From positions 51,937 to 115,936 of the forward strand of contig OZ006999.1 of the NCBI GenBank assembly GCA_963931285.1: 64,000 bases of DNA, given 5' to 3'. A program made the translations under genes and the position numbers. The DNA is from an uncultured Atopobiaceae bacterium. Lineage in GTDB: Bacteria > Actinomycetota > Coriobacteriia > Coriobacteriales > Atopobiaceae. Positions within the stretch are counted from its first letter, which is position 1; the number at the start of each line of letters is the position of its first letter. The notes beneath the pieces are model-generated. The model was not told where the DNA came from, did not search any database, and was given only the letters and a program-made list of their open reading frames with translations. Of the stretch, positions 22,457 to 31,653 are shown piece after piece.

Positions 22457-23274
22457 TGGCCCTTCTTCGCTCGGATCTCTACCGCACGCTGCGTGCTCGC
22501 TGGCCATGGGTCGTGCTCGCGCTCGTCGCGCTTGCTACCCTGGGCAGCGCCGTCTTCACGATCTGGTGGCCGCTCGAGTCCGGTGTCGTCTACGACGGCC
22601 TCACCGGCAGGTCCGGGGCGCTTCGCCTCGCCGGTCGCGGCGCGAGCATCACGCTCGTCCAGATGGTCGCCGTGTTCGTGGCGGCGCACCTCTCCTGCGT
22701 GGACTCCGACGCAGGCTTTGACCGCACGCTTCTCTCGTCCCTGCGCGGGCGCGGCGCGTATTTCGCCGAGAAGTACCTGCTCACGGTTATCCTCTCAGGT
22801 TCCCTCCTGCTTGCCTACCTCGCGCTCAGTGGCGTCGGCGTGCTCGTGACCTTGCGTCCGGTGGAAAACGTCGAGCCGCTCTGGCAGGTCGTTGCCTGGG
22901 CGGGGGAGGGCTGGCTTGTGGCGTGCGCCTATGCTCTCGTCGTGCTGCTCGTGGGGCAGCTCACGCGCGTCAAGGCGATTGCCGTGATAGTCTCGTTCCT
23001 GCTGCTCTCGGGTGCCGTGGAACAGGGGTTCTTTAGCTTCCTCCTGCTTGTGAGCGACGCGTTCGGCCTAGGGTGGGGCCCCGCGCTCGAGGCCGCCATC
23101 GCCTGGATGCCCTACGTCACCACGGCCGCAGTCGGCAACGGCGCCGCGGACATGCTCGCCGTCGACGTCACGGGGTTCGCGCCCGCCATCCGCGCGCTCA
23201 TCGTCTGCGCGCCGCTCTGCGCGGCGTGCGGCGCGCTCGGTACCTTCGTGGGCTCGAGGCGCGACGTCGCATGA
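22453..23274 (+). CDS. ABC-2 type permease, tandem paralogue
   Basis: MMALLRSDLYRTL vs MIALIRSDAYRVL of the preceding gene; also ends RRDVA. Confidence 0.85.
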   Translation: MMALLRSDLYRTLRARWPWVVLALVALATLGSAVFTIWWPLESGVVYDGLTGRSGALRLAGRGASITLVQMVAVFVAAHLSCVDSDAGFDRTLLSSLRGRGAYFAEKYLLTVILSGSLLLAYLALSGVGVLVTLRPVENVEPLWQVVAWAGEGWLVACAYALVVLLVGQLTRVKAIAVIVSFLLLSGAVEQGFFSFLLLVSDAFGLGWGPALEAAIAWMPYVTTAAVGNGAADMLAVDVTGFAPAIRALIVCAPLCAACGALGTFVGSRRDVA

Positions 23275-24302
23275 TGTCCGACGCGCTCCTCGAGCCGCTC
23301 TACCGCTGGCTTCGGTCGGTCGCGGAGTGGTTGCTCGCAAGCTCTACCATGGGGTCGTGGGTCGGTGTCGTCGAGAGGTTTCGGATGGTCGAGGGAATCG
23401 TGGTCGCCTCGCTGCTGCTCGTGGGCCTGGGACTCGGGGCGTTCTTCGTCTGTGTGTGCTATGCGACCGAGCTCGGGCGCCAGGCTCGCTTCCTGGCGCG
23501 CCGCGAGCGCCTGAGCAACGCGCGGCTCACCTGCGGCAGCCGTCTGCCGGGCATGGTTGCTATGGTCGATGCCGTTAACTCCGAGATCGACGCCGCGGAC
23601 GCGGAGCGCGTGGCGGCCCTGCGCGCGGCCGACGAGTTCTCGCGCGGACTCTCCGCGCTCTCCCACGACGTGCGCACGCCGCTCACCGGCGCCCGCGGCT
23701 ACCTGCAGCTGGCCCGCGAGGAGTCGGACCCGGCGCGCAAGGACGAGCAGCTCGCCGCCGCCGACGCGCGCCTGGCCGCGATGTCGGGCCTTCTGGACGA
23801 GCTCTTCTCATACGCTCGTGCCGCCGACCCGGATACCCCGCTTGAGCTGGGGCCGGTTGCGCTGAGGCCGGTGCTGGAGCAGGTTCTTCTCGGCCATTAC
23901 CCGGAGTTCGAGGTCCGCGACTGGGAGCCGGAGCTCGACTGCGAGGACGTCGTCGTGACGGCGGATAGGGAGGCGCTCACGCGCATCGTGGAGAACCTCG
24001 TGATGAACGCGCTGCGGCACGGCTCCGGCCCGCTCGCGGTGCGCGTGCACCCCGAGGGCGAGAAGGACGGCGAGAAGAACGGCGTGGTCGTTGAGTTCTC
24101 CAACCCCGTGGCCGACCCCTCCGCCATCGACGTCGACCGCCTCTTCGAGCGCTTCTACCAGGCCGACGCCTCCCGCTCGACCGCGGGCTCGGGCCTCGGG
24201 CTCTCCGTCGCCGCCAAGCTCGCCGAGGCTCAGGGCATGACCCTCACGGCCCATCTCTCCGGACCGAACCTCGTCTGTCAATTGGGGACAGTCCCCAATT
24301 GA
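23271..24302 (+). CDS. Sensor histidine kinase
   Basis: LSHDVRTPLT (H box), ENLVMNALRH (N box), FERFY, GSGLGLSV. Confidence 0.93.
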   Translation: MMSDALLEPLYRWLRSVAEWLLASSTMGSWVGVVERFRMVEGIVVASLLLVGLGLGAFFVCVCYATELGRQARFLARRERLSNARLTCGSRLPGMVAMVDAVNSEIDAADAERVAALRAADEFSRGLSALSHDVRTPLTGARGYLQLAREESDPARKDEQLAAADARLAAMSGLLDELFSYARAADPDTPLELGPVALRPVLEQVLLGHYPEFEVRDWEPELDCEDVVVTADREALTRIVENLVMNALRHGSGPLAVRVHPEGEKDGEKNGVVVEFSNPVADPSAIDVDRLFERFYQADASRSTAGSGLGLSVAAKLAEAQGMTLTAHLSGPNLVCQLGTVPN

Positions 24303-24306
24303 CAGA
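24274..24306. repeat. REP-like palindrome, CAATTGGGG subfamily, overlapping the kinase stop
   Basis: TCTGTCAATTGGGGACAGTCCCCAATTGACAGA. Confidence 0.9.
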
Positions 24307-24330
24307 GGGGCGGCTGACCTGACGCCCTCT

Positions 24331-24474
24331 CGAGGGTATGTACACCCAGCCCTTAGGGTATGTACACTTCCTCGAGCGCGCGTTCTTCTCGGCAACTCTC
24401 TGACCTGCAGGTTTTGTTGCCCGCACTCGATGGCGGGGTGTACATACCCTCAAAGGCCGGTGTACATACCCTCG
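24331..24474. repeat. MITE-like element with doubled AGGGTATGTACAC terminal motifs
   Basis: AGGGTATGTACAC at 24333 and 24355; GTGTACATACCCT at 24438 and 24460 (22-bp period); homologue at 53997-54135. Confidence 0.85.
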
Positions 24475-24488
24475 CGATGAGTCAAAAG

Positions 24489-24521
24489 TGATTCAAAAGG
24501 TGACAGACCCCTTTTGAATCA
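24489..24521. repeat. REP-like palindrome, GATTCAAAA subfamily
   Basis: TGATTCAAAAGGTGACAGACCCCTTTTGAATCA. Confidence 0.88.
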
Positions 24522-24671
24522 TGTGGAGCCGAGAAGGACGAGCGGCTCGAGCGGCTCCGCGCCGGGTGGAGCTGCACGTAGCCTCACCGCTGTCTCGGAC
24601 CGGGATTTCTGTCCGGTCTCTCGGGTATACTCACTCATATGTAGAGACACGGATATACATGAGGAGGACCC

Positions 24672-24941
24672 ATGGAGACCACGCTCAGCAAGTGGGGCAA
24701 CAGCAAAGCCGTCAGGGTGCCCGTCGAGGCGTGTGACGAGCTCGGCCTGTCTCTGGGCGACCGTGCCGAGGTCACCGTTGACGCTGAGCACGGAGTCCTC
24801 GTGCTCAAGTTTGAGAGGTCGAAGCGGGCCTACGCGCGCACTCGCCGTATGACCATGGAGGAGTTCGCGGCCGGTTGGGACGGGGGGAAGGTCGGCGCGG
24901 AGTGGTCCGGGCGCGACGTGGGGACCGAGGTGGTCGCATGA
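24672..24941 (+). CDS. mazE: AbrB/MazE-family antitoxin
   Basis: LSKWGNSKAVRVP swapped-hairpin motif. Confidence 0.9.
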   Translation: METTLSKWGNSKAVRVPVEACDELGLSLGDRAEVTVDAEHGVLVLKFERSKRAYARTRRMTMEEFAAGWDGGKVGAEWSGRDVGTEVVA

Positions 24942-25273
24942 ACTTCGAGCAGGGGGACCTCATCGAGGTGGGTTTTGATTCTACCGTGGGTCACGAGCCC
25001 CAGAAGCGCCGTCCGGCCCTCGTTGTCTCTGACGGCTATTTCAACAACGTGCTCAGCAGCCTCGTGGTGGTTTGCCCCATAACGTCTGTGTCCAACGGGC
25101 ACCCGTTGCACGTGGAGATTTCCGGCGGAAACGCCGTCCGGGGATGCGTCTGCCTGGAGCAGCTGAGGGCGCTCGACCTCGAGGCACGCGGGGCTCGTCC
25201 GCTCGGCGACTCTCTTGACGAGCGCACGATGTCGCGCGTCCTTGACGGGCTGGGTGCAATGTTCGGGATCTAG
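24938..25273 (+). CDS. mazF: PemK/MazF-family endoribonuclease toxin
   Basis: QGDLIEVGFD..GHEPQKRRPALVVS..VVCPIT; ATGA overlap with the antitoxin. Confidence 0.92.
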   Translation: MNFEQGDLIEVGFDSTVGHEPQKRRPALVVSDGYFNNVLSSLVVVCPITSVSNGHPLHVEISGGNAVRGCVCLEQLRALDLEARGARPLGDSLDERTMSRVLDGLGAMFGI

Positions 25274-25304
25274 ATTCAAAAGGGGACAGACCCCTTTTGA
25301 ATCA
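25273..25304. repeat. REP-like palindrome between convergent genes
   Basis: GATTCAAAAGGGGACAGACCCCTTTTGAATCA. Confidence 0.9.
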
Positions 25305-25856
25305 CTTGATGAGCTCGTCGAGGTGTGGTGTGAGCTGGGACTCGATTGCCTCGGGTTTCTCGCCGAGAAGGACAAGCGGTTCGAGCAGCTCAGCGCCGGG
25401 AAGGGCCGCGCGCAGGTCGGCGAGAAGGGCGTCACCGACTTTGCCTGTGCTGTCGGCAAGCGTGATGACTGGCAGCACCGTGATGCCCGTGAGGTCATAT
25501 GGCCCAAATTTCGTGAGCGCCTCGGTGACAATGTCCGGAAGGCGCCCGTCAAAGACGGGTATGGCGAGCACGATGGACTCGTGATGCTTGATGACGTCCT
25601 TCATGACCGGCCAGGTTTCGAGCCCTCTCTGGAGCGAGCTGATCTCCGCGATCTGCACCCGGCTCATGCAGTGCCTCCCGGGAGGAAAGAGCCGTGCGCA
25701 GAGGTGCTTCTCGGCAATCTGGGCAACGACTGAGGCAGGGGAGGGCTCGGCCTCGACCGGCCGCCCCTCCGGTCCCATCACGAACCCCGCGCGCGAGAGC
25801 CAGATGACGCAGACGTGCCGGTCGTTCGGCGAGGGCTTTGAGTCGATAGCGTACAT
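25302..25856 (-). CDS. Hypothetical protein, possibly flavodoxin-like alpha/beta fold
   Basis: GGAGG RBS; IVLAIPVFDG resembles a flavodoxin strand; no family recognised with certainty. Confidence 0.6.
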   Translation of the reverse strand: MYAIDSKPSPNDRHVCVIWLSRAGFVMGPEGRPVEAEPSPASVVAQIAEKHLCARLFPPGRHCMSRVQIAEISSLQRGLETWPVMKDVIKHHESIVLAIPVFDGRLPDIVTEALTKFGPYDLTGITVLPVITLADSTGKVGDALLADLRAALPGAELLEPLVLLGEKPEAIESQLTPHLDELIK

Positions 25857-25908
25857 GGTGGCCTCCGGTCTGCGCGCAGTGGCGACGGTACCAGTATCTT
25901 ACATGAGC

Positions 25909-26571
25909 CTACGGGAGCTCTCCCACGTAGAGCGCGGCGGCAACCAGCGCTACGGCAACGATCGCGACCATCCAGAGCTTCCAGTAGGGGATGAACCAGC
26001 GAAACAGGAAGTCACGCGGGACCTCCTCAGTTGGGTCGCGTCCCTCGAGAAATGCCGTCGCGGCGACCGCTCCCGCGAGGTCGTGCTCTCGCATGAACGT
26101 GCGGAGACGGGGAACGGCACGGAGTGCGAGGATGGCCACGCAGACAACCATTGCCAAAAGCATGAGGCCGCGTAGGGACTCGATCGCAGGGCTCGTGTTT
26201 CGCAGCGGCGAGAGCATATAGCGCACGAAGACAAGAGCGATGCAAACGACGAGCAGCGCGGCGCAGATTGCGAGCAGTCGCAGGAGCTCGTGGCGGTCGT
26301 TGGCGGTCGAGCGCACGGCCCGCGCGCCCTTCTCGCCGATGAGCGCGTCGACCGTCGTTCCAAAGACCTGGCTGAGAAGGATGAGGCTCTGCACGTCCGC
26401 CAGCGTGCGCCCCGCCTCCCAGTTTCCGACCGTCTGCCGCGAGACGTAGGCGCGCCGCGCGAGCTCGGCCTGGGAGAGCCCCGCTGCCTCGCGGAACTCG
26501 CGGATGCGCGCGCCGATGATCCGCTGCGCGGTCGCTTGGTTGGTGGTCCTCTCGGTGGTCTGCTCGTCCAC
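25909..26571 (-). CDS. XRE-family HTH regulator with C-terminal TM helices
   Basis: IREFREAAGLSQAELARRAYVSRQTVGNWEAG; GTG start after AAGGGAGG. Confidence 0.88.
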   Translation of the reverse strand: MDEQTTERTTNQATAQRIIGARIREFREAAGLSQAELARRAYVSRQTVGNWEAGRTLADVQSLILLSQVFGTTVDALIGEKGARAVRSTANDRHELLRLLAICAALLVVCIALVFVRYMLSPLRNTSPAIESLRGLMLLAMVVCVAILALRAVPRLRTFMREHDLAGAVAATAFLEGRDPTEEVPRDFLFRWFIPYWKLWMVAIVAVALVAAALYVGELP

Positions 26572-26751
26572 GGTGCCTCCCTTGAGGCAAGTGTACCCGC
26601 CCGTCCGCCCAGAGGCGCCCGCGCGGCGGCGAGAGGTATGACAAAGGGTTTTGCCATGGCTGTGAGCTGGGAAGATGTTCTTCTCGCTCATTCTCTCGCG
26701 TGGCCGGCCGCGGAGGCGGGATATAGTGGTCGCAGACCGAAAGGAGTGCCC

Positions 26752-27021
26752 ATGCTGCCCTTTGCCCTCGGTGTTCCCGTGCTCGTGCTGCCCGTGGCTG
26801 CCGCGACCGTCCAGCCTAGCGCCCGCTCGCTGGGAATCGTTTCCGCCAGTTACTTCTTCCTTGCGCTGTGTCTCACGTCGGTGCTGTGGAGCAACACGGT
26901 CGTCGATGATTCGTCGCTTTTGGACACTGTCAACGGCTGGTTCTTCGGCGCTGCCTTCCTCATGGTCTGGGCGACGCTCTTCTCGGCCGTGGCCGTGGTG
27001 CGCTATTGTAGGCGCTCATGA
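26752..27021 (+). CDS. Small membrane protein
   Basis: GAAAGGAG RBS, three hydrophobic segments, ATGA overlap with the next gene. Confidence 0.55.
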   Translation: MLPFALGVPVLVLPVAAATVQPSARSLGIVSASYFFLALCLTSVLWSNTVVDDSSLLDTVNGWFFGAAFLMVWATLFSAVAVVRYCRRS

Positions 27022-27491
27022 TGAGCTCGCGCGAAGGGGACGCTGTGGAGAAGGACGTCGTTGAGGTTCGGGAGCTCTCATCGGACGAGCGCCAAACCCG
27101 GTTCAACGAGATTCTCGATCTGTACGAGGCGGTCGGCTGGACGAACTACACCTCCCGTCCCGAAGCGCTGCGTGCGGGGTATGCGGGCTCTCTTGCCACC
27201 TGGGGCGCCTTTGCGGACGATAAGCTCGTGGGGGTCGTGCGCGTCGTGGGCGACGGTGCGACGATCGTCTTTGTGCAGGATCTCATCGTTGCGCCGTCGC
27301 ATCAGCGCACGGGCATTGGGGCGCAGCTCATGCGGTCCGTCATGAATCGATTCTTGGACGTCTACCAGATGGAGCTTCTCACGGACGACGGCTCAGGCGC
27401 CTGCGCGCTCTACGAGAGCCTGGGGTTTGTCCGCGGTGACGCGATGGGCTGTGTTAGCTATGTCAGGGTTGCGGTAGGGCCAGATGTATGA
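27018..27491 (+). CDS. GNAT acetyltransferase
   Basis: LIVAPSHQRTGIG motif A, LYESLGF. Confidence 0.9.
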   Translation: MMSSREGDAVEKDVVEVRELSSDERQTRFNEILDLYEAVGWTNYTSRPEALRAGYAGSLATWGAFADDKLVGVVRVVGDGATIVFVQDLIVAPSHQRTGIGAQLMRSVMNRFLDVYQMELLTDDGSGACALYESLGFVRGDAMGCVSYVRVAVGPDV

Positions 27492-27637
27492 AGGATCCAC
27501 TCTCTGACTGACAGACTCCACGGTAGGGTACAATGAGCTCGACGGCTGCCTACGCGTGGTGGCCTAGGCAGCGTCGTCTTTGGGTTCGGGGCCGCTAGCG
27601 CATGCGCTTGCGGCCCCTCGCCGTCTTACGTCGTTGA

Positions 27638-28120
27638 CTACAGCCTCCGACGCCAGCGGGCGCCGCGGTCGGTGCGCTCGTAGGGTTCAAAGCCGGCGTC
27701 CGAGAAACACCTCTGGGATGCGACGTTCCAGTCGTAGATCTCGCCCACGAGGACCTCGCGCCAGCCGAGACGGCGCGCCCGCTCGCAGAGCGCCTCGATC
27801 ACGCGTCGCCCGACGTAGCGCGACCGCTGGTCCTTCTCGCCGATGACGATGGGGAGGTTGTCCGGGCAGAGCGTGACGTCACCGACCGCGCGCCAGCCGC
27901 CCCCCGTGCCCTCGTCGCGCACATCGATGAACCAGAGCTCGCCGCGCTCCGCGAGCCAGTCGTACATCCGCGCCAGCCGCTCGGGCGTGTAGGGCTCGCG
28001 CTTTCCGTCGACCATCCAGAGCGTCTCGGGGTCCTGGTACCACGACAGCGCCTCGGCGGGCGGCGCGTCCAGTCGAACGAGCCGCAGGTCAGCGTCTATG
28101 TCAAGAACGCTTGGGGTCAT
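27638..28120 (-). CDS. GNAT acetyltransferase (RimJ/RimL-like)
   Basis: IVIGEKDQRSRYVGRRVI, NVASQRCFSDAGF. Confidence 0.85.
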   Translation of the reverse strand: MTPSVLDIDADLRLVRLDAPPAEALSWYQDPETLWMVDGKREPYTPERLARMYDWLAERGELWFIDVRDEGTGGGWRAVGDVTLCPDNLPIVIGEKDQRSRYVGRRVIEALCERARRLGWREVLVGEIYDWNVASQRCFSDAGFEPYERTDRGARWRRRL

Positions 28121-28289
28121 CGTTCTTCTCCTGCATCCGCCTCTCAAGCCGACGGATCTTCTCGGTTGCCTCCTCGACTTTCTCCTCGACGTCGGGGACG
28201 TCGCAGGGAAGGTCGGGGACGCCCGTGAACCAGAGCGACGTCCCGCCGAACTCGTTGAACCTGAGGTATGGCCTGCGCGGAATGTCCAC
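28101..28289 (-). CDS. Small hypothetical protein
   Basis: AAGGAGGAG RBS before GTG; overlaps the GNAT start. Confidence 0.45.
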   Translation of the reverse strand: MDIPRRPYLRFNEFGGTSLWFTGVPDLPCDVPDVEEKVEEATEKIRRLERRMQEKNDDPKRS

Positions 28290-28485
28290 GGCTCCTCCTT
28301 CGTCGCTCCTACCGTAGCGCATGTCCCCCGCGCCGGGGTGATCGTTTCCGATATTGGCCTCTCGTTGCTATATGAAATACCATGTAGCAACCGCGGTCAA
28401 ACGACCAAAAGGCCCTTCGGGGAGTCAGTTGTTACATGATTATGAATGTAGCAACGCCAACGAAGGCGAGAAGAACGTGCCGCCG

Positions 28486-29391
28486 TCACCCGAGGGTGTT
28501 CGCGAGGATGGTGGCGGCGCCTTCGAGGTAGGCGTCGCGCGCCTCCTCGTCGTAGCAGAGGCGGTCGTAGCGCTGCGCCTCGCCAAAGGTCATCTCGTCG
28601 TCGTCCTCCTCCCAGCTGTAGGGGTTGCCGTTGGTGCTGACGCCCTCGTGGATGACGTGGGTCTCGTCCACCCAGACGCGTTCGGGGTGCTCCGGCGCGT
28701 CCGTGGGCACTGCGGCGTACGGGTGCCAGATGAGCCTATAGACTGGCTCGGTGCCCTGCGTGCCCTCGGGGTAGTCCTTCTCCTCCAGGAAGAGCAAATA
28801 CTCCTGTCCCTCGCGGTAGGGGACGCTGCAGTCCCCGTAGCCAAACATGACCATGCGCTCGTCGCCCTGCTGGCCCTTGCCGGTGGGGTTGAAATCGGGC
28901 GTGGATATCCGAAGATTCTCGAAGACGTCGATCGTGTCGCCCACGGCCGGGGCGTCGCCCGCATCATCGCCGCGCACCACGCCCGTCACCGTAAACGCGC
29001 AGCGAAACGCCTGGTAGACGTACTTCCTCTCTCCGGTAAACGTCGCCGTGACCACCACCGGCGCGTAGTCGGCGGGGTTCTCCACGGCGGCACTCGTGAG
29101 GTAGAGCTCGTCGGCCGCGTCATCAGCCGGGGCGACACCCATCGCCTCGCGCTCGGCGAGGGTGGCCTCGAGGTCATCCTCGGTCGCCAGCTCCAGCTGA
29201 AGCACGTGGTCGGTCCGGACGTCGTACGGCAGCGCGTCAAGCGCGGCTGGGTCCGCCGAGAAGTCCGTCACGCTCGCGCGAAACGCGAGCGCCAGCGCGC
29301 CGCACGCGGCGAGCACGAGCGCCACCGCCACGGCGAAGGCGCGTCCCGTGAGCCTCGGGAGCCTCAGCGTTCTTCTCGCCATGCGAATCAC
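28486..29391 (-). CDS. Exported/membrane-anchored hypothetical protein
   Basis: N-terminal hydrophobic helix, acidic soluble domain, coupled to the ABC ATPase. Confidence 0.75.
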   Translation of the reverse strand: MIRMARRTLRLPRLTGRAFAVAVALVLAACGALALAFRASVTDFSADPAALDALPYDVRTDHVLQLELATEDDLEATLAEREAMGVAPADDAADELYLTSAAVENPADYAPVVVTATFTGERKYVYQAFRCAFTVTGVVRGDDAGDAPAVGDTIDVFENLRISTPDFNPTGKGQQGDERMVMFGYGDCSVPYREGQEYLLFLEEKDYPEGTQGTEPVYRLIWHPYAAVPTDAPEHPERVWVDETHVIHEGVSTNGNPYSWEEDDDEMTFGEAQRYDRLCYDEEARDAYLEGAATILANTLG

Positions 29392-30056
29392 CCCTCCCGC
29401 ATGATGCGCCCGTCCGCCATGTGGAAGCGCCGCTCGAAGAGCGCCTCGAGGTCGGGCTCGTTGTGGCAGGCCAGGAGCACCGTGGCGCCGCGCTCGCGCT
29501 CCTCGCGGATGATGCGGCAGACGAGCGCGATACCGTCTACGTCGAGCGCGTTGGTGGGCTCGTCGAGCACAAGGAGCTCGGGCGCCTCCATCACGGCCTG
29601 CGCAACCGCGAGCCGTTGCTTCATTCCCAGGCTGTAGGCGCCGTACTCGCGTCCGTCGTCCGGGTTCAGGCCCACGCGCTCGAGCGCGGCGCGGATTTCC
29701 CGCTCGCCGATGGCGCCGCGGATGCTCGCGAGCAGGCGCAGGTTGTCGAGGCCGGTGTACTCCTCCCAGAAGCCGACGCTCTCCAGGATGAGGCCGAGCC
29801 CGGCCGGGAAGCTCGCGTCGCGCCCGATGCGTCGGCCAAAGACGTCGATCGTGCCGGACGTGAGGTGGATGAGGCCGGCGATGGCGCGGAAGAGCATCGT
29901 CTTGCCGGACCCGTTGATGCCGGAAAAGCCGTAGATGCCCCCGCGCGGCAGTTCGAGCGAGACGTCGTCGAGCACCGTGCGCCGACGGATCACCTTTGTG
30001 GCGTGGCTGATGACGATCTTGTCCGTGCCGGCGATTGAGACGGTTGGGTCAGTCAT
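29388..30056 (-). CDS. ABC ATP-binding protein
   Basis: GINGSGKT, YSLGMKQRLA, LDEPTNALD. Confidence 0.92.
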   Translation of the reverse strand: MTDPTVSIAGTDKIVISHATKVIRRRTVLDDVSLELPRGGIYGFSGINGSGKTMLFRAIAGLIHLTSGTIDVFGRRIGRDASFPAGLGLILESVGFWEEYTGLDNLRLLASIRGAIGEREIRAALERVGLNPDDGREYGAYSLGMKQRLAVAQAVMEAPELLVLDEPTNALDVDGIALVCRIIREERERGATVLLACHNEPDLEALFERRFHMADGRIMREG

Positions 30057-31653
30057 GGCGGTCACCTCCGAGGACGTCGAGCCGGCGCGCCTCGCGGACA
30101 ACGAGCGCGCCGGCGAGAAGGACGAGCAGCAGCAGGTAGGAGAGCGAGAGGGGCGCGCTCGCGCCGATGGGTGCGGCGTGGAAGGCGGCCGTGGCGGCGG
30201 CGCTCGGCAACCACGGCGTGAGAGCGGCGACGGCGCTCTCGGGGAGAAAGACGCAGGCCACGAGGCTCGTAGCGTGCGTTACGGCTACGGCTGCCCAGGC
30301 GATGACGGCGTCCAGGCGCAGCGCGAGCAGGTTGACGAGAAGGACGAGCAGCACGGACGCGATTACGGAGAACGGCAGGGCCTGCGCGAGCGCAGCGGCG
30401 ACGTCTTCGAGGGCATCACCGGAGCCCGGAAGGCACGCCGCCGCCGCGACCGTTGGCGCGAGGGCGCCGTACGCCCCGGAAAGAAGTGCGAGCTGGCCGG
30501 TTCTTATCAGCGCCCAGCGGGTCCGCGCGTTGCAGCGCCTTGGTGTGCGCGCTCCGCAAACCTGTCCCATTTTGTCTGCACGAAATAACACGTCCCCAAT
30601 TGACAGACGGGGCCAGAGGAGGGGGGCGTGGGCGAGGTCGGCGGTGAGGAAGCCGGCGAGGAGCCAGGCGAGGGCGAGCGGGGGCAGGAGGGCGCCGACC
30701 GTGCCAAAGAGGTCGATGCCTAGGTCGTTGGGGAGAAAGATCGCACCGGCGTGAAGGCGCGCGAGGGCGTAGGCGGGGTTGCCGCGTGACAGGAGGAAGG
30801 CCACGATGGCCGCGGCGCCCATGCAGGCGCAAACGCGCCCCAGGTAGCGGCGGCGCAGGGGGAGCCAGAGGACATGGCGCCTCTCGCCGCGCGCGTCCTT
30901 CTCGCCTGACCCGCTACCCTCGCCGAGCACGTCGCGCCGACGCAGCGCGAGCGCCGCCACGCCCGCGAGCGCGACGATCGCGACGGCGTACTTTGCCATG
31001 CAGGCGAGCGCATCGACGGCGTCCGGCACGTTGCGGGGCGGCATCGCGCAGAGCCATCCCCAGCGGTCGAGCGGGGTGTCGTTCAGGAGCCGTCCCTGGA
31101 GGAGGTAGCCGACCGCGCCGTAGGCGAGCGCCGCAACAGCAGCGGCCGGCACGAGCGAGGTGGGCGCATACGCGGCGAGCATGAGCGCGGCGCACACGAG
31201 GAAGAAGAGCGCCTGGCGCGCGAGGATGCCGAGAAACGCGAGCACGAGCTGCGGCGTCAGCGCCTCGGCGGGGACCTGCGGCAGGGCGACGACGAGCCCG
31301 CTCGCAAGCACGACTGCGGAGAGCGTGAGCGCTTTGCCCGCGGCGATGCCGAGGAAGTCCACCGCCGCCCAGCCGCGCGAGCGCGTCCGCACGAGACGGT
31401 GCGCGTCGAGCAGGCCCTCGAGGCAGCCCGCGCACGCGTAGACGAGGAGCGGCACGAGGAGGAGCGCGGCGTAGTTGGCGTCCGTCACCCACACGTAGCC
31501 ATAGAGCGCCCCGCTCGTGCCCGGGACATGGTTCCAAAAGTCGATGGGCCGCGCGAACCACTGCCAGGCGCGCAGAGCGAGCACGATGACGAGTGCCCGG
31601 CGACAGCGCCGGTCGAGCACGCGCAGGCGCAGGGTATTGGCCAGGGAGCTCAT
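30049..31653 (-). CDS. Large membrane protein, apparent fusion of two permease-like domains
   Basis: Two hydrophobic halves ending RRRDVL and RRLDVL joined by a GEGSGSGEKD linker. Confidence 0.75.
   Translation of the reverse strand: MSSLANTLRLRVLDRRCRRALVIVLALRAWQWFARPIDFWNHVPGTSGALYGYVWVTDANYAALLLVPLLVYACAGCLEGLLDAHRLVRTRSRGWAAVDFLGIAAGKALTLSAVVLASGLVVALPQVPAEALTPQLVLAFLGILARQALFFLVCAALMLAAYAPTSLVPAAAVAALAYGAVGYLLQGRLLNDTPLDRWGWLCAMPPRNVPDAVDALACMAKYAVAIVALAGVAALALRRRDVLGEGSGSGEKDARGERRHVLWLPLRRRYLGRVCACMGAAAIVAFLLSRGNPAYALARLHAGAIFLPNDLGIDLFGTVGALLPPLALAWLLAGFLTADLAHAPLLWPRLSIGDVLFRADKMGQVCGARTPRRCNARTRWALIRTGQLALLSGAYGALAPTVAAAACLPGSGDALEDVAAALAQALPFSVIASVLLVLLVNLLALRLDAVIAWAAVAVTHATSLVACVFLPESAVAALTPWLPSAAATAAFHAAPIGASAPLSLSYLLLLVLLAGALVVREARRLDVLGGDRHD
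30561..30605. repeat. Half of the 57808-57921 element embedded in a CDS
   Basis: 39/45 identity to arm 57877-57921. Confidence 0.85.

Noticed and set aside
24672-28322. Integron cassette array
   Set aside because: Mixed gene orientation, no attC-like sites and no integron integrase
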